From the IMG/VR virus record IMGVR_UViG_3300001598_000047: a DNA stretch of 64,000 nt; one strand, given 5' to 3'. The stretch is from an uncultured virus (IMG/VR IMGVR_UViG_3300001598_000047) (taxonomy: Duplodnaviria; Heunggongvirae; Uroviricota; Caudoviricetes). The position numbers and the translations under genes are program-made. The stretch's first letter is position 1; each line of letters opens with the position of its first letter. Under the pieces are notes generated by a model that did no database searches, was not told the origin of the DNA, and saw only the letters and a program-made list of their open reading frames with translations. This document shows, one piece after another, positions 25,924-39,133 of this stretch.

Positions 25924-26719
25924 ATGGCAATTAAAGATAGTAATGGACTTTTTGAATCATTAAATAAAAATGATTCATTTACATTTACAAGCGGTCAGTC
26001 TGCATCTGAAATATTAAGTGGATTAGCTGCACCAATATATCAATATCCACCATAGAATTTAAATTTAGCAGATACTACTAAATGGGTATTTATGATACCT
26101 ATTTCATATATATTTCCAAATATGTGTAAATTATAGCAAAATGTATAGGTACCAATAAATTGTTCAAAAGTAGATTTTCCATCTTTTAAAATGGGAACAA
26201 CATCATTAGGATATATGGGATATACGATGGACTTTTCAACTGGTCAAAATTTAACTGATAAGGGATTAACAATTACATATCTTTGTAATTCTAATTGGTT
26301 ACAATATCTTTTATTATTAAAATGGTTTGAAAAAGAAGATATGACACCATATGCAAATGCATCAAATACTGAAAGTAATTCATTAACAAAATCATATACT
26401 AAAAATCGGTGTTGAAATTGATAATAGTAAATGGAAATCGCCAGCTGATTTCGGTACTGATTTAACATATTCTAATTATGGCCCACAAATTCCATGCTAC
26501 TTATATCTTTTAGATAATTACCATCATAGAATTGCTACAATATTATTTCAACATTGCTGGCTTGCTGAGGTTTCTAAAGTATCATTATAGATGGCAAAAT
26601 CGTCTAACACAGAAGTACAAGGAACATTTCAATTAAAATTTGCTAAGTATAGTATTACAATTAATGATGAATATATGCAAACAATTACCGGTAAAGGTAT
26701 TTCAGATCAAACAATTTAA
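25924..26719 (+). CDS. T4 gp3-like tail terminator / tail-tube-fold protein; CGGT site at 26407
   Basis: SKVDFPSFKMG, LTITYLCNSNWLQY..LLKW, ILFQHCWLAEVSKVSL, GTFQLKFAKY resemble the gp3/gp19 fold pattern. Confidence 0.55.
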
Positions 26720-26733
26720 GGATTATTTATAAA

Positions 26734-27336
26734 ATGAGTAAATTAAACAAATTATATGCACAAATTTTATTATAGTGTTGTATTGACAATGATGGAATTT
26801 ATAATTTATTACTTACTAAATTATTACCATCACAAATAGATACAATTAAAAATTTAAAAAATACTGAAGATTCAATTTAGGATAATGATTATGAAGATTT
26901 ATATAATGATGTTTATAATTTATCTAAATCTGATCCAATTATATATATTATGTTAACTGATGATTTAGTAGATATTAAAGATAGAGATAAATATATTAAT
27001 AATATTCAAAATATAGATATTTATCCAGATGAATTAAAATGTATTGCAACTGAAGCATTTAAACAAATTAAAGAAAATGCTATTGTTGATGAAGATGCTG
27101 GCGGTGAATGTTGTGCTGGTGGTGAAGGGCTGGGAATTGCTGCTGTTGGTGATGTCAGTCCATTAGCTGGAGAAATTGGTTGTCCACCACCACATTTTTC
27201 TGATCAATTTAATCAACAATTACCAATGAAAAAAATTAATAATCATAAGAATAGACCCGCATTATTTCCATCACTTGGTATGTACTCTACCTTTTATAAT
27301 AATAAAATTAATAAAAAAAGAAAGAAAAGAAAATAA
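26734..27336 (+). CDS. Hypothetical probable virion protein with basic C-terminus
   Basis: ATG 26734 in frame with ORF 26950 through TAGs. Confidence 0.65.
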
Positions 27337-27343
27337 TAAATTT

Positions 27344-27382
27344 AAAAGCCGGAATTTTATTTTCCGGCTTATTTTTTTTTTT
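27344..27382. terminator. Bidirectional intrinsic terminator
   Basis: aagccggaa-ttttatt-ttccggctt hairpin with T tract between convergent genes. Confidence 0.8.
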
Positions 27383-27689
27383 ATTTTTTATTTAATCTTG
27401 CTAATTTTTTAAGCTATTTCTAATGTTCAATAAATAAATATGGATTTGTTTCAAAATTATCTCCAAATAGCTAAAGTGCAATAATTTTTAAAGTCTATAA
27501 TTTATCTGGTTGATCCCAATGTTTTCTTTGCATATGTTTAACAAAATCAATTTGTTCTTCAAACGGTAATGTTGTAAATACATTTTTTACCTATTGCTAA
27601 AAATCACTTTGTAATTGATACTACACCTATGATTTTTGTAAAATATCCATTATTTCTTCATATAATATATTAAATTTTGATTTTTTCAT
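27381..27689 (-). CDS. Hypothetical protein; TAG read-through
   Basis: MKKSKFNILYEEIM..., 102 aa, AAGGA upstream. Confidence 0.6.
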
Positions 27690-27733
27690 ATTTAAATATT
27701 TCCTTATATCATTTAATATTATTTATTAAAATA

Positions 27734-29345
27734 TTAATTTAATAAATTTTTTAATGTAATTTTTAAAAATAAAATAATATTATCATTTTTTGCATATTGT
27801 AAAATTCGTAAAAAATTCATTTGTTGTAATAATTTATATGATTCAGTAAAAAACTTATACTTATTATAATGATTAACAATATTTTTATCTAAATCAAATA
27901 ACATTTTTTTACTTATATTAAAATCTTTTTTATCATTAATAAGTAAATATGACCAATTATATTTTGTATCTTGACGTAATTTTACTATATCCATTAATGG
28001 TGTATTAATAAATGAATCCAGAAAATCAATTAAATAATATGTATTATCTTTAAACATAATATTAGATAATGTTAAATCACCGTGACAATCACCTATTGGA
28101 ATTAAATATTGTTTTTCTTCTTTAAATATATTTTCGTATTTATTAAGTATCTATAAAATATCTATATCATTTTTTAATTTATTATTATTTAAAATATTTA
28201 TTTTGACAGATAAAAATTTTTTATAAAAAACTTCATTAGAAATATATTCATTTCTACATAACTATAATTCTATATCAATAAAATTTAAAATTGAGTCTAA
28301 AAATTTATTAAAATTTTCAAGATTATTTATCTAAAAATAATCAATAAATGAAATTCCATCAATAAATTGCATTGTAAAATATCCATATTTCTAAGTATAA
28401 TTAGAATAAATAACTTTTGGTACACAAATATTTTTAATTTTATATTTTTCAATAAAATTATAAAAAATAGTTTGTTTTTCTTCTTGTTTTTTTAATCTTG
28501 AAATATAATTAATATCATCTGTATATTTTTCAATTATAATTTTATTATTATATATATTTTGCTTAATAATACAACCTGAATGTCCTTTTACTTGATGATT
28601 TATTTTATCTAAATAAATTTGTAATTCTTCTGGTGTACCAAATGAATTATATTTATCAAGAGTATATAACTTAATTTTTCCATTATCTTTAATAATATTA
28701 TTATAAAGTAATGAAAGATAAACTTCTTTAGCATTAAGTTTACCAGTCTCATAATCTAAAATTAATTTTTTTGCAGATTTTTCAAATACTTTTTTATTTG
28801 AAAAATAATAACTTCCAGTTAAAGCATTATCAGAAATTACAATTTTTTCAGCTGTTTCAACAACATAATTATTTTCATCGATTTTAGCATAACTATATCT
28901 TGGATTTATTGATTTAAAAGAAACAACCATTCCTTGTATATCTAGTTTTCCATTTAAATCTAATTGTATATCATTAAAATATTTTTCAGAACTAAATTCT
29001 AAATCACAATCTAAAATTACAACAGCATCATTATCATCAATATATGGAAGAGCTTTAATACATGTATCAACTGCGCCTCTTGTATTTTTAGTTAAAATAA
29101 TAAAATTAGCTTCTGGAATATATTTTAAAATCTAATCCTTTAATTTATACTAATTATTTTGATCAAATCTAATTATAAAAGTATATTTTTTATTACATTG
29201 TAATGATGAAAAACTCTATACAGCTTTTAAAAACATTGGCTTTCCAAATATATTAATCAATGGTTTTGGTATATTAATACCAGCATTTTTAAAACGCGAT
29301 CCTAAACCGACCCATTGGCATTATAATATGTAATGACCTTTCCAT
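27734..29345 (-). CDS. Sugar nucleotidyltransferase fused to APH/choline-kinase-like phosphotransferase; CGGT site at 29307
   Basis: IIMPMG[c]GLGSRF, PKPLI, ILDCD, FGTPEEL; GHSGC, CHGDLTLSNI, LIDF; 1612-1 nt = 537 codons. Confidence 0.85.
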
Positions 29346-29842
29346 TATTCATCCATTCCTATAAATTGTTCTGGTGTTAAATTTAAAAATTTTTCAGCAA
29401 TATAAAAACATGCTTCAGATACTGCTCTATGTCCGCCTGTACACTTAGTAACATAATCTGCATATTTTTGTGCTAAAAAATTTGATTCAGATGTTGTTAT
29501 TCCGCATTTAACATTTTTTAAAATAATAGCGTCAACAAATGAGTCACCCATATATATTGTATTTTCTAAACCAAACTTTTCTTTAATCCAGTTTAATCTA
29601 ATTTTACCTGGTTTAACATCATTTAATTCATATCCCATATCATTAACTCGTTTTTTTGATATTTCAAATGAGCGCCAATCACTTGATGTAAATATAATAT
29701 TAATTCCATATTTTTTTAATAATTTTAATGCATCATTATCATCAGGTCCAAATTTTTTTGCTACTTTGCCTTCTTTAGTATAATAAAAAGTACCATCTGA
29801 AATAATACCATCAACATCTAATACAAATATATAATTATTCAT
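29345..29842 (-). CDS. KdsC/YrbI-like HAD phosphatase
   Basis: LDVDGIISDG, YMGDSFVD, GGHRAVSE; intact, no TAG. Confidence 0.9.
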   Translation of the reverse strand: MNNYIFVLDVDGIISDGTFYYTKEGKVAKKFGPDDNDALKLLKKYGINIIFTSSDWRSFEISKKRVNDMGYELNDVKPGKIRLNWIKEKFGLENTIYMGDSFVDAIILKNVKCGITTSESNFLAQKYADYVTKCTGGHRAVSEACFYIAEKFLNLTPEQFIGMDE

Positions 29843-29903
29843 TTTTAATTCCTAAATTTTTATTATAATTAAAGTAAACTTAAATATTACTATTTAAAAT
29901 TAT

Positions 29904-30635
29904 TTACAACTTTATAAATGTTCCAATACCATCTTCTAATATACAATTATAAAATAACGATGTTTTATATATAAAAAAACTTCCTAAACGTTCTAATATA
30001 TATGAAAATAATTTTGATTCTAAATTAATATCTTTTCTTAAATTAATAAATTCAACTAATATATCTAATATATCTGACATTATTTTTCCATAATAATTTT
30101 TAAATATCTAAGATGACATAATAAACATATTACAAATATTCATTGCTTTCTAATTTTTAATATAATTATAAAATTCGTTTGATATTGATTTAAACTAATC
30201 TTTTTGAAATAAAAAATTTAAAAAATCTATAGAAATATTTCTAATTTTTAAATTATGATTATTTAAAAATTGTGTATAAATATCAACATCAAAATTACAT
30301 CTAAATACCACAATTTTATTCTAATTTAAATTATCATATCCAGATAAAAAATATCTTCTATAATGATTTAATCCAATAAAATCTGTATACTATTTAAAAT
30401 TATGATAAATCCAATAAATAGCTGTTAATTCACAAATATAAGAATTATATAATGAAATATTTTTTCCAGTATTATCACCAGTCATTGATAATAAAAAATT
30501 TGAATTTCCAATATAAGATTCTCTGCCACAATGAATTGGAATAAAAATATTTTTATTTTTATCAAATATATTTAATAATGGAACATCTTTAAAAAATGTA
30601 ACAAAAATATTTAAATTATTATTATTTAATTTCAT
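29904..30635 (-). CDS. DUF4422-like glycosyltransferase-associated protein
   Basis: GDNTGKNIS, ICELTAIYW, FIGLNHYRRY, CNMFI, YILERL. Confidence 0.8.
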
Positions 30636-31539
30636 TTTTTAATTCTACAAATTTTTCAACTTTTTTTATTCGTTTAAATTGAGATGCATACGGCTAAATA
30701 TTTGAATTAACATATTGTAATTCAGTACATCTAGTAAACCATGTGTGAATACAAATAATTGAATCATCATTCATTTCTTTATCTATAAATAATGCAGATG
30801 AAATTCCTGAATCATCAGCCTATCCAATATAATCTCTACCATAAAAATAATCATAATTTTCAGATGCATTTAAAAATATATAATATAAATAATAATATTG
30901 ATCATAAACATTTTTATAATTACATGAAAATGGTATTTGTTTGCTTCCAAAAAAATTTTCATACTAATTATGTTCTTTACTAATCATCTATGCATGTTTA
31001 TTAACTGGATTATTTAATTCATTATATATTTTTACTGCATTTAAAACTTTTTTATTATTTATTTTTGTTATTTCTGAAATTTTCTAAATATTAAACATAT
31101 TTGTTAATTCAAATTTATTATCTTTAATATATTTTGAAATTTTTTTAATATTATAAAATGATAAAAACGGATTAATTACATAATTATTTAAATTTCTATG
31201 ACAAAAACATCCACCATCAGCAGTTCCTTTAATGATATTGTCTGATTCTACAAAATTTTTAAATTCAGAATATAAATTATTTAAATTTAAAATAAAACAA
31301 TCTGCATCTATATATAAAACATAATCATATTTTAAAGAATTCGCATAAAGTAATATATGATAAAATGCTTCTAATCCATAAATTTTTTTATTTCCTATTG
31401 TACATGGAACTATATAAAAATTATTATCTATTATCTACGAGTATGTTTTAATAGATGTAATTAATGGTGATGTTGGATAAAAGTCACCATTTGAAACTAT
31501 TAATACATTTTTCTATTTTAAATACTATTTAAATATCAT
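30622..31539 (-). CDS. Putative glycosyltransferase (DxD)
   Basis: YDYVLYIDADCFI, ICIHTWF; frame broken only by TAG. Confidence 0.6.
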
Positions 31540-31542
31540 TTT

Positions 31543-32220
31543 TTATCCTTCTATAGTTATCTAATATACTTTTAAATTATTCTATATACAAAAAATTGTT
31601 AATAAAAACTAACCAAGCCATGCACCTTGTTTTTTATTATAATTTATAATATTCTTATCATTACTAATTGTTTTATATAAATCAGAATTTTTAAATTTTA
31701 AAATCTTTTCATTTAAAAAATTTGTATAATTATAAAATATATTTTTATTTGAAATAAACATATTATGTGCATATGTAAAATTAGTGTTCATTGAAATCTA
31801 ATATTCTTTATCAGTTAAAATACTTTTTAATGTATTAAATGTATTTGTTTTATAATACTAATTCAATGGATTATTATTTGATAAAATCCTATCATATATT
31901 CCATTCTATTCCTATAATTTAAAAATAGGTTTATAAATATTTGCTCTAACTGCTAATACATCATTATTTTCTAATAATGAATAAATTTTATTTATATCAC
32001 TTTGTAATAATGTAAATAAACGTTTATTTTGTGATATACCAATATAATCTTCATTTTTTAAAAGCTAATGTCTAACTAAATGTATTTGTTTTCCCAACTA
32101 AGAAAAAAATACATCTCTTAAATCTTCATCTATCTAATTTGTTTGTAATGGAAAATATAAATCCAATGAAGAAATTTTTGGATTTATTTGCTAATTATGT
32201 AATGATAATAAAATTTTCAT
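31543..32220 (-). CDS. DUF4422-like protein, paralog 2
   Basis: FFS*LG, YIGISQNKRLF, HNMFI, GAWLG*FL. Confidence 0.65.
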
Positions 32221-32962
32221 AGATTTGTAAATAAATTTAAATTTAAATAATTAAATGATATAAAACAACATAAATAATTAGTTGGTTTAAAATCTATAAT
32301 TAATTGATTAATATTTTTCTTGCTTCTATTATCTAATACCAATACTTCATCAAAAAATAAGCTAAAATTGGAATTAATGGAATTGTCATTGAATCACCAT
32401 AAATTAATAACTTTCTATTAAATTTATTACTTAAATTTTTAACTAATGAATTAGTATGATAGCCTCTATATAAATCATGATATTTACTAATACCATTTAT
32501 TTCTCTACATTTCTATCGATCATTATTTGAATTAATTCTTAAAATACTATTATTAGATGAACCAGAAATAATAAAATTTGTATCAATATTTTTAAATTCA
32601 AAAAAAGTCTATTTAATATGCTAATGATAGGATAAATCAATATCATTTGAAATTTTATTCTAAATTAATTTAAAATTATTTTTATCAAACTAATCTATAT
32701 TTAGATATTTTATAATGTTTGGAATCATAGTATCCCAAATAAATGCTGTTTTTAAGTGATGCCAGTTTTTATCATAATTATAATAAAAATTTTCATTTGA
32801 TAAATCATTTGAAAAAATCTCATAATGATTTTTTGTAGACTATATAAATTTTTTTAATTCATCATTATAATTATTTTTATAATAAATACATATATATAAT
32901 TTTTTATCTTCATCAATATTTATTAAAGAATCTATTTTATTTTTAAAATTAAAATAATCCAT
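32217..32962 (-). CDS. AlgX/DHHW-like SGNH-family protein, with apparent 1-nt loss in A6 run at 32352-32357
   Basis: DKNWHH, LLIYGDSM; the expected FDEVLVLDNR continues in a shifted frame. Confidence 0.5.
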
Positions 32963-32975
32963 AAATTATTCCTCA

Positions 32976-33734
32976 TTAAAACCATTTATTTGTTTTTGTA
33001 TCAAGCATTGCAACTGGTAAATAACCTATTTTTAATTTTTTATTATTTGAAAAAATATTTGGTAATCTTTCACAAAACCATGGAATTAATTTTTTATCAT
33101 AATCTGAATATTTTGAATACTTAATAGTTTTTTGAAATAATCCGGTATTCTTAAAATTATTTACTTTCTATTTTACAAAATCACAATATTCAAAAAATAA
33201 TTCATGTTTTGTTATAAACATATTATGATATGATGGTCTTGGTAAATTTTGAATATCAATATCATTAAAATATTTTTGCTATATTTCATTAAAACAACTT
33301 AATATATCATGCTATGCAAATTCATTAATATAATTAATATAATCAATATCCTAATTATCCAATTGTCTATTTTTTATTTTTTTATATAAATTAATTAAAA
33401 AATGATTATTAATAAAATCAGATAACATTGACCAGTTTAAAATACTTGGTGACGGTAATATAATATCAACTTGACTAAATACTTTATCAAAATCTAAAAA
33501 TTGTTGTCCTTTAATAAATATAGTAAAAAATCGTCTATTTTGAATAAATCCAATATATTTCTAATTAACTAATAAATTTTTATTATCACTCAAATATAAT
33601 AATTTACCTATTTCTCTTAATGAATTTTCATTATATTGTAATGAAATATTATCTGATGAAATAGTATAAACATATTCTGATTTTAAATTTTCATTTAAAT
33701 TTTCATTTGGTCCAAGTGGTACTATAACTTTCAT
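32976..33734 (-). CDS. DUF4422-like protein, paralog 3
   Basis: LREIG, YIGFIQNRRFF, YHNMFI, WFCERL. Confidence 0.65.
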
Positions 33735-33738
33735 AATA

Positions 33739-34578
33739 TTAAAATTTTCCTTTCCACCATTTATTATTCATTACAATTTTCATAGCTTCTGTTCTTTGCT
33801 ATGAAGTTCCACCTGTCATATGATTTATAAATGATGTGTTTTCATTATATTTAAAATCATCAAATTGTGTAATACTATTACCTTGAAAATCTTTAGGAAA
33901 TATTTTAAATATATTTTTATATTTATCTGTTGTTAATAAATGACCAATACAACCTTGGTCTTCTTGTGCACAAAAATAAAGTTTATGAAATTTTTTCAAA
34001 TCTTTTAAAAAATCATATACTAAATTAGTATTTTTAAATATCATAAATCCTGAATTTATAGCATGTGGATTTGCAACTAATTTTCCTAATAACTAAACCA
34101 TTGAACAGTCTGAGTCAGCAAATACTTGATTTTCAATACCAAATTTATAAATATCATCAATATATGCTAAATTATTTTGCTTACAAAAACTTATATATTT
34201 ATTTACAACACCTAACAAAAATATTTTAAATGCAATTGGCGTAAAATCAATTGATACAAAAAACTAATGCATAGAATCAATAATATCTTCAATTTTTCTA
34301 TTTGGATTAACAAATACACAATCGCTATCAATAAAAATAACATAATCATAATCTTTAATAAATTTTTCTATTAATTCATATTTATGATATGTAATCCCAA
34401 CAAATTTTTTATTTTTAATTGCGAATTCTGTAACATCTTTATATTTCTATTCATCATAATTAAATAACTAAAATTCATAATCATATCCATTTAATTCACA
34501 ATATTTTTGATTAATCTACTGTGATAATTTTGGAAATCCAACTGTTCTATTATCAAATTGTACAACTTTAATTTTCAT
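33739..34578 (-). CDS. GT34/MNN10-like glycosyltransferase
   Basis: KYCELNGY, YDYVIFIDSD, INSGFMIFKN, EDQG, FINHM. Confidence 0.75.
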
Positions 34579-34590
34579 TTAAATAACTCC

Positions 34591-35337
34591 TTAATTATAT
34601 TCATCATAATTTAAATCAACCATACTATAAAAATATTGCATTGGATTATTTATTATATTATTTTTTAATTCATTATTTGAATATGATTGATTATATGCTT
34701 TTTGATAACCTAAATTTTTAATTGAAAAACATCTATTAATACCGTCATCTTCATTTTTCTAATTATGCCAAGCAGTATCACCTGCATGTAAACTATTTTC
34801 TTGAACATTAATACAAAAATCTATTCCTTTTTTAGATAATGAATAAAATGCACCAGATGAAAAATATCTTGCAAATTTAGCATAATCATTATTAATTTTA
34901 TAATTTTGAATAAGTGCTTTATATAATTCTTTATTAAATGGCCACTTATCAAATTGAATTACATCATAATCTGGCATATTATTTATAATTCTTTTTATTT
35001 CATTTAAATCTTTTAAAAATACAACATCATCTTCTAAAATTAAAATTCTATTTAAATTTAATCCTTGTGCTTCTTTATATATTTCATAATGAGCTAAGGT
35101 ACATTTAAACATTGATAATTTTTTTAATGAATCATGATATAATTTAATATCAGAATGTAATAAATTTGTATAAAATGGTGAATCAAATGTATATTTCCAT
35201 GAAAAATTTTGATGATTTAGTATACCAACTCTTTTTAACTAATTTGTAATTCTTTCAACTCGTTCTTTATGTGGTAAATAATGAATACAATATATTTTAT
35301 CAAATTTATCCCAAATATTATTATAATCAATTATCAT
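34591..35337 (-). CDS. GT25-like glycosyltransferase
   Basis: FDKIYCIH, CTLAHY, ILILEDD, FYSLSKKG. Confidence 0.8.
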
Positions 35338-36280
35338 TATTTCCAATCCTTACTTTATTATTCCATGTAAATTTCTTATACATATTTATAAAATTAACTA
35401 TTGCGGATTTAGGAAAATATTCTTTATCATAAATAAAATCAATTGGAAAATCTTTATATATACGATTAATTCTTTCAAGTCCATTTAAAATTGCTTCAAA
35501 ATTATTAGTATTCATATAAAATTTTATTGGTTCATTTAATAAAATTTTTAATAAATCATCTTTAAAATACTTATTTATTTTTTCATTATATTTTGTTAAA
35601 TATAAATCAGTATTAATTGTAGATAAAGAATGTTCATCTCTCGGTAATACTAACTGATCCATATCAAATGACCATGTATAATTTAAACCTATTGATTTAA
35701 TATGTTTTAAAGTTGTTATACACCATAACCAAATTTCATCATGTGTAGCATTTGTTATGTCATAAAATTTATCCCAATTAAATATATCAGTATCATCAAA
35801 AATATGCGGTGGAAATAAACAACATCCAGTTAAATAACGTCCATATGTTTTTTGTAATAATTTTATATCAACTGATGCAATATGTTGAATATTTCCATTA
35901 TTTAAAAATACTGGAGAAATTTCATGAGCAATTATACAATCTTTATTTTCTATCCATTTATTATATAATTTCTAAAAGAAAAAATTTGGATAAAATATAT
36001 CATCATCACAAGTAATAATAATAGAATCTGGATTATCTTTAGCAGTCCAAATAATTTTATTTATTGAACGCCATCTTGCTTCTCGTCTTTTTATTTCAAT
36101 CCTAGAATCTAATTTAAGAAATTCATTATATTTCTCATATTCCTAATCTGTTAAATTATCATAAATATTAATAATAAATTTATTAAATTTTAATGTCTGA
36201 TTTAAAATATTATTAATTGTTTTCTTTAAATACTATATTCTTGGTGGATATGTTGCCATACTAATTATAATATTATCCAT
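35327..36280 (-). CDS. GT2-like glycosyltransferase
   Basis: ISMATYPPR, ILNQT, IITCDDDIYY, CLFPP, DEIW. Confidence 0.8.
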
Positions 36281-36314
36281 AAATACCTCTAATTTTATTT
36301 TAATATTAAAATAA

Positions 36315-37391
36315 TTATAAATTTATTTTTTTAAATAAATCAGAAATTTTATTTTTTAAATAAATAAAAATATTTTGATTTTTAACATTTTCTTTAAATT
36401 GCGCTGTTAAAGTTTCTAAACAAATATTAAATTTTTGTTGTGAAATATTTTTACAAATATATAAAAATAATAAACTGTCACAAATATATGATGGTAAATT
36501 TTTAAAATTTTCAGATAATAAAAACTACTAGTTACATTTACTTAAAATAAAATTTACTCTATCTTTAATAGAAAAATTTTTAAACTATTTTTGCTAAAAA
36601 TAATACATAAATGAATTAGACAAATCGCTGCACATTGGATAAAATTCATTATTTAAAAACATATGTTGTATAAGATCAAATAATTGAAATTTTGTTTTTA
36701 AATATCCAATTTTTTTACATAGCTCAAATAATTTATTATACTATGTATTATTAATAAATTTAATAACATCATCAGATAAATTTGAACTATTATTAAATTT
36801 CTACTATAAATTTTGCTGATTTTCATTACAATGTTCATCAAAATAATGCTCCAACTAATGATTTAAAACAATCTAAAATATTTGCTATGAATTAATTAAA
36901 TTTTCATTTAATACAATAATAATTGGATCATTTTTTATAATTGGAAAATTTGAAAAAGTACAACCTTTACAATTTTTATTCTATAAAAAATAATTAATAA
37001 TATCTTCTTGCTTTTTCTTATTAATGATTGTATCTATCTTTGATAAAATTAATCTTAAAAAATTCTATTGACATTTTACAAATAAAACTATTAATACAAA
37101 ATCTTTATTAGTATCCTAAATTTTTTTTAAATAATTATTAAATTTTTCTTTATTTTTCAACTAATTATTAGAAATTTTAATAATATCATTTAATGTATAA
37201 TATAATGGCTCATTCCAAGAATTATTAATTTCTTCTTTCACTTTATCCATAAATGATTTAGGTGTAAATAAATTTGGTGCAAATTCTAATAAAATATTTG
37301 ACTATTTTATTCTTTTCTAATATTTAATATATCCTATTTCATCTTTACACTATTTTAAAATCTACTAATATAATTTATTAAACTTTTTCAT
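36315..37391 (-). CDS. Hypothetical protein; TAG read-through
   Basis: MKKFNKLY**ILK*C start; start and stop in the same frame. Confidence 0.55.
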
Positions 37392-37488
37392 TTTCTAAAA
37401 TTCCTTAAAATAATAGAAATAAATATTAATTAAATCAAATTTTTCATTGCAATTAATTTTATTTTTAAACTTCTGTATTTATTAAAAG

Positions 37489-37926
37489 TCAAAAACAACA
37501 ATAATTTTTCGGAAATCGTACTACTTGAAAATATCCACCGTCATTCAACTATGATAAATTTAATAAAATATTATTACGATTTGAATTTATAGATGAAGAA
37601 AAATATCCATTTATTAATAACTATTTAAAGTATTTCTCAAAATTATCAAAATTATTACAAAAAGAATTGCTAAACATAAATTCATCAACATATAAACGAA
37701 TTTTTGAAATATCTTTTCCAGATTCACTTATAATATTTTTTACTGCTTCAAAAGATGAACAAATTTTTACTTTATTATTTTTCTTAATTTGTTTTTTTAT
37801 AATCTACAAACTAATAAAATTAATTCCCATTAAAATTTGTAACTAATATTTATCTTTATCTGCATAAATTTGATTTATTAAACGTGTAGATTTTCCACTT
37901 TGTCTATTACTAATTTCTAAATACAT
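37489..37926 (-). CDS. Small P-loop NTPase-like protein
   Basis: SNRQSGKST Walker A and LYVDEF Walker B; AGGA upstream. Confidence 0.65.
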
Positions 37927-38051
37927 TTTTTAATTTTCCTTTTTTATTTTTATTTATAGTTTTTTTATTAGAAAAATATATGTTTTTATCAAAAAAGTAA
38001 TATTTTTTAACTAAATTTTTATAAATATTATTAAATAATAATAAATTTAAT

Positions 38052-39072
38052 ATGTATAATTCAAAATTTAATAAAGCATATAATAAAATTTTAAAAAGTT
38101 ATGATATTTCTTTACTTTATTAGTCAATAAATTCAAAACATAATTTATTAACAGACACTCAAATTCAATAGTAGTATAATATTAATAATTTAAAAATTAT
38201 TTAGTTTAAAGATAATAATATTATTTCTGAAAAACAACAAAAAGATGTAAATTTTGGTACAAGTTGTTTAACAAAAATATTTAATAGTCAAGATGGAACT
38301 CAATTCAATAAATATTTTTTTATAAAAAATTTAAATAAAAATTTATCTTTTTATAATAAAATTATAAATATGCAAGATATTTCACTGTATATTTATAAAT
38401 TTGATTTTAAAAATCCATTTAATACATTTACGTCTTATGGAATTATTCAAATTTATTCAAAATTTAATATTGATGATCCAAGAATCGATAAATTAAATAT
38501 TTCACAAATTTAGAAAAATAAATTATATTCACAAGAATTTTCTAATAAATATTCATGTAATAATGGTTTATTAATTTATACACCAGATTTTTGTTTAATA
38601 TTTATTAATACAGAAGAAAAATTTAAAGGAACTATTAAAACAGTTCAACATGAATTAACTCATTATTTTCAATATATATTAAAAGAAAATTTAATAGCTT
38701 TTAATATTTCAGTAACAAATCAACAAATACAACAAATTTTAAATTTAGGTTTAAATTTAAATAATATCTTTTAGCTATTAAACCAAAAATAGTTTTATCC
38801 TATTATTAAAGTTGATTTAATTAATCGGTCTATAGAAAATTTATTTTAATTAGTTTAAAAATATTTCTAAACAAGAATTTATTAAAAAATTTATTTATGA
38901 AATTAAAACTAATACATATAATATTTTTAATACACTATTTGGATAGTTTTGGTTAAAATATAATTTTAAAGATAGCTCACCATTACAATTATTTGCTTTA
39001 ACTTACATATTAAATAAATAGTAGTTAAGTAATGAAATTTAGAAAATTTTAATTGAATATTTTAATAAATAA
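38052..39072 (+). CDS. HExxH zinc-metalloprotease-like protein; CGGT site at 38826
   Basis: TVQHELTHYFQ; skipping C extends frame to TAA 39070; TATAAATA upstream. Confidence 0.65.
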
Positions 39073-39133
39073 TTTGAATTTTAAACTATTTAAAATAATA
39101 TTAATTATTATTTTAAAATTTTTGTTTCTTTTT

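Noticed and set aside
32352..32357. Frameshift in A6 run of the SGNH-like gene
   Set aside because: Isolated one-base loss in a homopolymer; likely error or real mutation, and a reminder that the assembly may contain some indels
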